A DNA stretch of 64,000 nt from an uncultured delta proteobacterium (GTDB taxonomy: Bacteria > Myxococcota > Myxococcia > Myxococcales > Myxococcaceae): contig CAVYSY010000026.1 of NCBI GenBank assembly GCA_963771175.1, positions 224,001 through 288,000 on the forward strand, written 5' to 3'. Position 1 is the first letter of the stretch; each line of letters begins with the position of its first letter. Positions 61,758 to 64,000 of the stretch are shown in pieces. The position numbers were made by a program, and so were the translations under genes. Under the pieces are notes generated by a model. That model made no database searches, was not told the origin of the DNA, and saw nothing but the letters and a program-made list of their open reading frames with translations.

Positions 61758-63864
61758 TCACCAGATCTTCACGCGCTTCTCGGGCGGCAAGTAGGCGCGT
61801 CGCCCTCCTTCACGCCGAACGCGGCGTAGAACTCGGGCATGTTCGCGCACGACGCCGTTGACGCGGTACTGGCCGGGCGAGTGCGGGTCGGTGAGCAGGT
61901 CTGCGCAGCGCATCGTCGCGGTCAGGGTGCGCCAGACCTGGGCCCAGCCGAGGAAGAAGCGCTGGTCGCCGGTGAAGCCGTCGATCACCGGCGGCTCCTG
62001 GCTTCCCTTGAGCGAGAGCTTGTAGGCCTTGTAGGCGACCTCGAGGCCGCCGACAGGTCGCCGATGTTCTCGCCCAGCGTGAGCTCGCCGTTGATCTTCG
62101 TGCCCGGGCACGGGCTCGTAGGCGTCGAACTGCTCGACGAGCTGCGCGGCGCAGCGCGTCGAAGGCGCGGCGGTCGGCGCGGTCCACCAGTTGCGAAGGC
62201 TTGCCGTCGCCGTCGTAGCGGCTGCCCTGGTCGTCGAAGCCGTGGCTGATCTCGTGGCCGATGATCGCCGCCGATGGCGCCGTAGTTGACGGCGTCGTCG
62301 GCGCTCGGGTCGAAGAACGGCGGCTGCAGGATGCGCGGCCGGGAAGACGATCTCGTTCAACGCCGGGTTGTAGTAGGCGTTGACCGTCTGCGGCGTCATG
62401 CCCCACTCGGTGCGGTCGACCGGCTTGCCGAGCTTGCGCGACGATGCGCTCGTGCTCGAAGCGCCGGCGCGCGTCATGGTTGCCGCAGCGTCATCGCCGT
62501 GACGCACCTCGAGCCTGGAGTAGTCGCGCCACTTGTCGGGGTAGCCGATCTTCACGCTGATACTTCGCGAGCTTCTCCTGCGCCTGCCGCCTTGGTGGCC
62601 GGGGTCATCCAGTCGAGGGTGTCGATGCGACTGCCCGTAGGCGGCGAGCAGGTTGGCGACCAGGTCCTGCATGCGCGCCTTGGCTCTCCGGCGGGAAGTA
62701 GCGGCGCCACGTAGACCTGGCCGACCGCCTCGCCGAGCGCGCCGTCGACGGCGGCGACGCCGCGCTGCCAGCGCGGCCTGTCCTGCTGCTGGCCTCGCTG
62801 AGCCTTGCCGCGGCAGCGCGAACTCGGCGTCTCGGAAGGCCTTGGGCAGCACCTGCGCGTTGGCGTCGAGCAGGCGCACGCGCAGGTAGAGCTTCCAGGT
62901 CGACATCGGCGTGGTCTCGAGCTGCGGCCAGCGTGCGCGACGTAGCTCGGCTGCGTCAGACGACAGACGGTCGATCGACGGGATGCCGGCGGCGCTGGAA
63001 GTAACGCCGCCCAGTCCACGCCCGGCGCGCGTTTCATCAGCACGGGCAGGGTCATGGGGTTGTAGGTCTTGATGGCGTCCTGGCTGTCCACGCGCGACCA
63101 CTGCGCACGCGCGAGCTTCAGTCTCGAGCGCGTAGACCTGCTGCGCGTGCGCCTTCGCGTCGGCATCGCCGGCGAGCCGCAGCAGCGTCTCCAGGTAGGT
63201 GCGGTAGGCCGCGCGCGTTTCCACGAAGCTGTCGCCGCCCAGCAGGTAGAAGTCGCGGTCGGGCAGGCCCAGGCCGCCCTGGTTGGCGTAGGCGATGTAG
63301 CGGTCCGCCTGCTTCGCGTCCTGCCCCACGAAGAAGATGAAGGGCGTCGGGGTGCCGGTGCGCATCAACTCGGCGAAGAGCTCCGGGAGCTGCTGCTTGT
63401 CCTGGAGGCCGGCGATACGGTCGAGGTCACCGCGCACCGGCTCGATGCCGAGTGCCTGGATGCGCTCCGTGTCCATGAAGCTCTGGTAGAGGTCGCCGAC
63501 CTTCTGCAGGTCGGTCCCGTCCTTCTTGCCCTGGACGGTGGCGGCCTCCTCGATGATGGAGCGCAGGGCGGCCTCGCTCTTGTCCGCAGCTCGATCATGG
63601 AGCCGTAGCGGGCCTTGTCCGCGGGAATCTGGGCGGTCTTCAGCCACGTGCCGTTGACGTAGCGGAAGAAGTCGTCCTGCGGGCGCACGCTGGAGTCGAA
63701 GTACTTCGTTTCGACGCCGAGCGTCCGCGGCGTGGAGGCCTGGACGGACTGCTGCGCGGTGGCGTCCGACTGGGTGTTGCGCGAAGTGGCCGTGCACCCA
63801 GGCGGAGGCAGGCCCCGAGCGCGCCGGGAGCCCAGGAATTGCGGAGCGGCTTCTTGTTATTCAT
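61758..63864 (-). CDS. M13 (neprilysin/PepO) metallopeptidase, heavily frameshifted
   Basis: RPQDDFFRYVNGTW, GLGLPDRD, KIGYPDKWRDY, PQTVNAYY, IGHEISHGFDDQG, GENI, TDPHSPGQYRVNG, RVKIW*. Confidence 0.9.
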
Positions 63865-64000
63865 GCGTTCTCGCTGTGCTGTGTCAGGTGAGACGAAGGT
63901 TGCCAACCCATCAGGCGGCGGGGAATTCCCAGGCCGCCTGCCTGGACTCCATCCGCTGAGGGTCGCGCGCATGCTGCCCGAGCCGATCGCGCGACGTCCA

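Noticed and set aside
194..63797. Many long antisense or alternate-frame ORFs (e.g. 1225-3153, 9493-11562, 24009-26636, 41785-44244)
   Set aside because: Shadow ORFs of high-GC coding sequence; Arg/Gly/Ala/Pro-rich with no recognisable motifs.
45787..63864. Programmed frameshifting or genuine pseudogenes as the cause of broken ORFs
   Set aside because: Indels are numerous, often in homopolymers, and spare all catalytic motifs; sequencing/consensus error is more parsimonious.
63904..63929. ECF-type promoter GGAAT-N17-GTTG upstream of the M13 gene
   Set aside because: Short motif in an error-prone region at the window edge; insufficient support.

Overview
High-GC bacterial DNA, most likely from a myxobacterium (Cystobacterineae/Archangiaceae-like). 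This is inferred from a DUF2378-type gene, a CTGTCCGACAGTCGGACAG palindrome and the gene repertoire. About 50 genes: xdhAB, a modular secreted nuclease, acyl-CoA synthetase, quinol-dependent NO reductase, AAA-R3H ATPase, JmjC oxygenase, eukaryote-type UDPGP, two orphan histidine kinases, secreted hydrolases (M4, lipase-like, M54, S9A, M13), P450, QorB/QorR, an SLT, and a sigma54-activator/ahpC/ahpD/dps locus followed by a cyclase-STAND-TPR protein. No rRNA, tRNA, CRISPR or intact mobile element was seen. Many genes at 4.5-14 kb and 45-64 kb are broken by single-base indels while 14.5-36 kb is essentially clean. This looks like sequencing or consensus error rather than pseudogenisation, so boundaries there are reconstructed by eye. 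Most interesting: (1) a NorR-like iron-GAF sigma54 activator divergent from ahpC-ahpD-dps with candidate operator sites; (2) a STAND-TPR protein with a degenerate cyclase domain and an unexplained N-terminal helical module beside an HExxH peptidase; (3) a small membrane protein translationally coupled to qNor; (4) a secreted Cys-rich lipase-like protein paired with an Ig/TPR protein behind an M4 protease that has a duplicated promoter.
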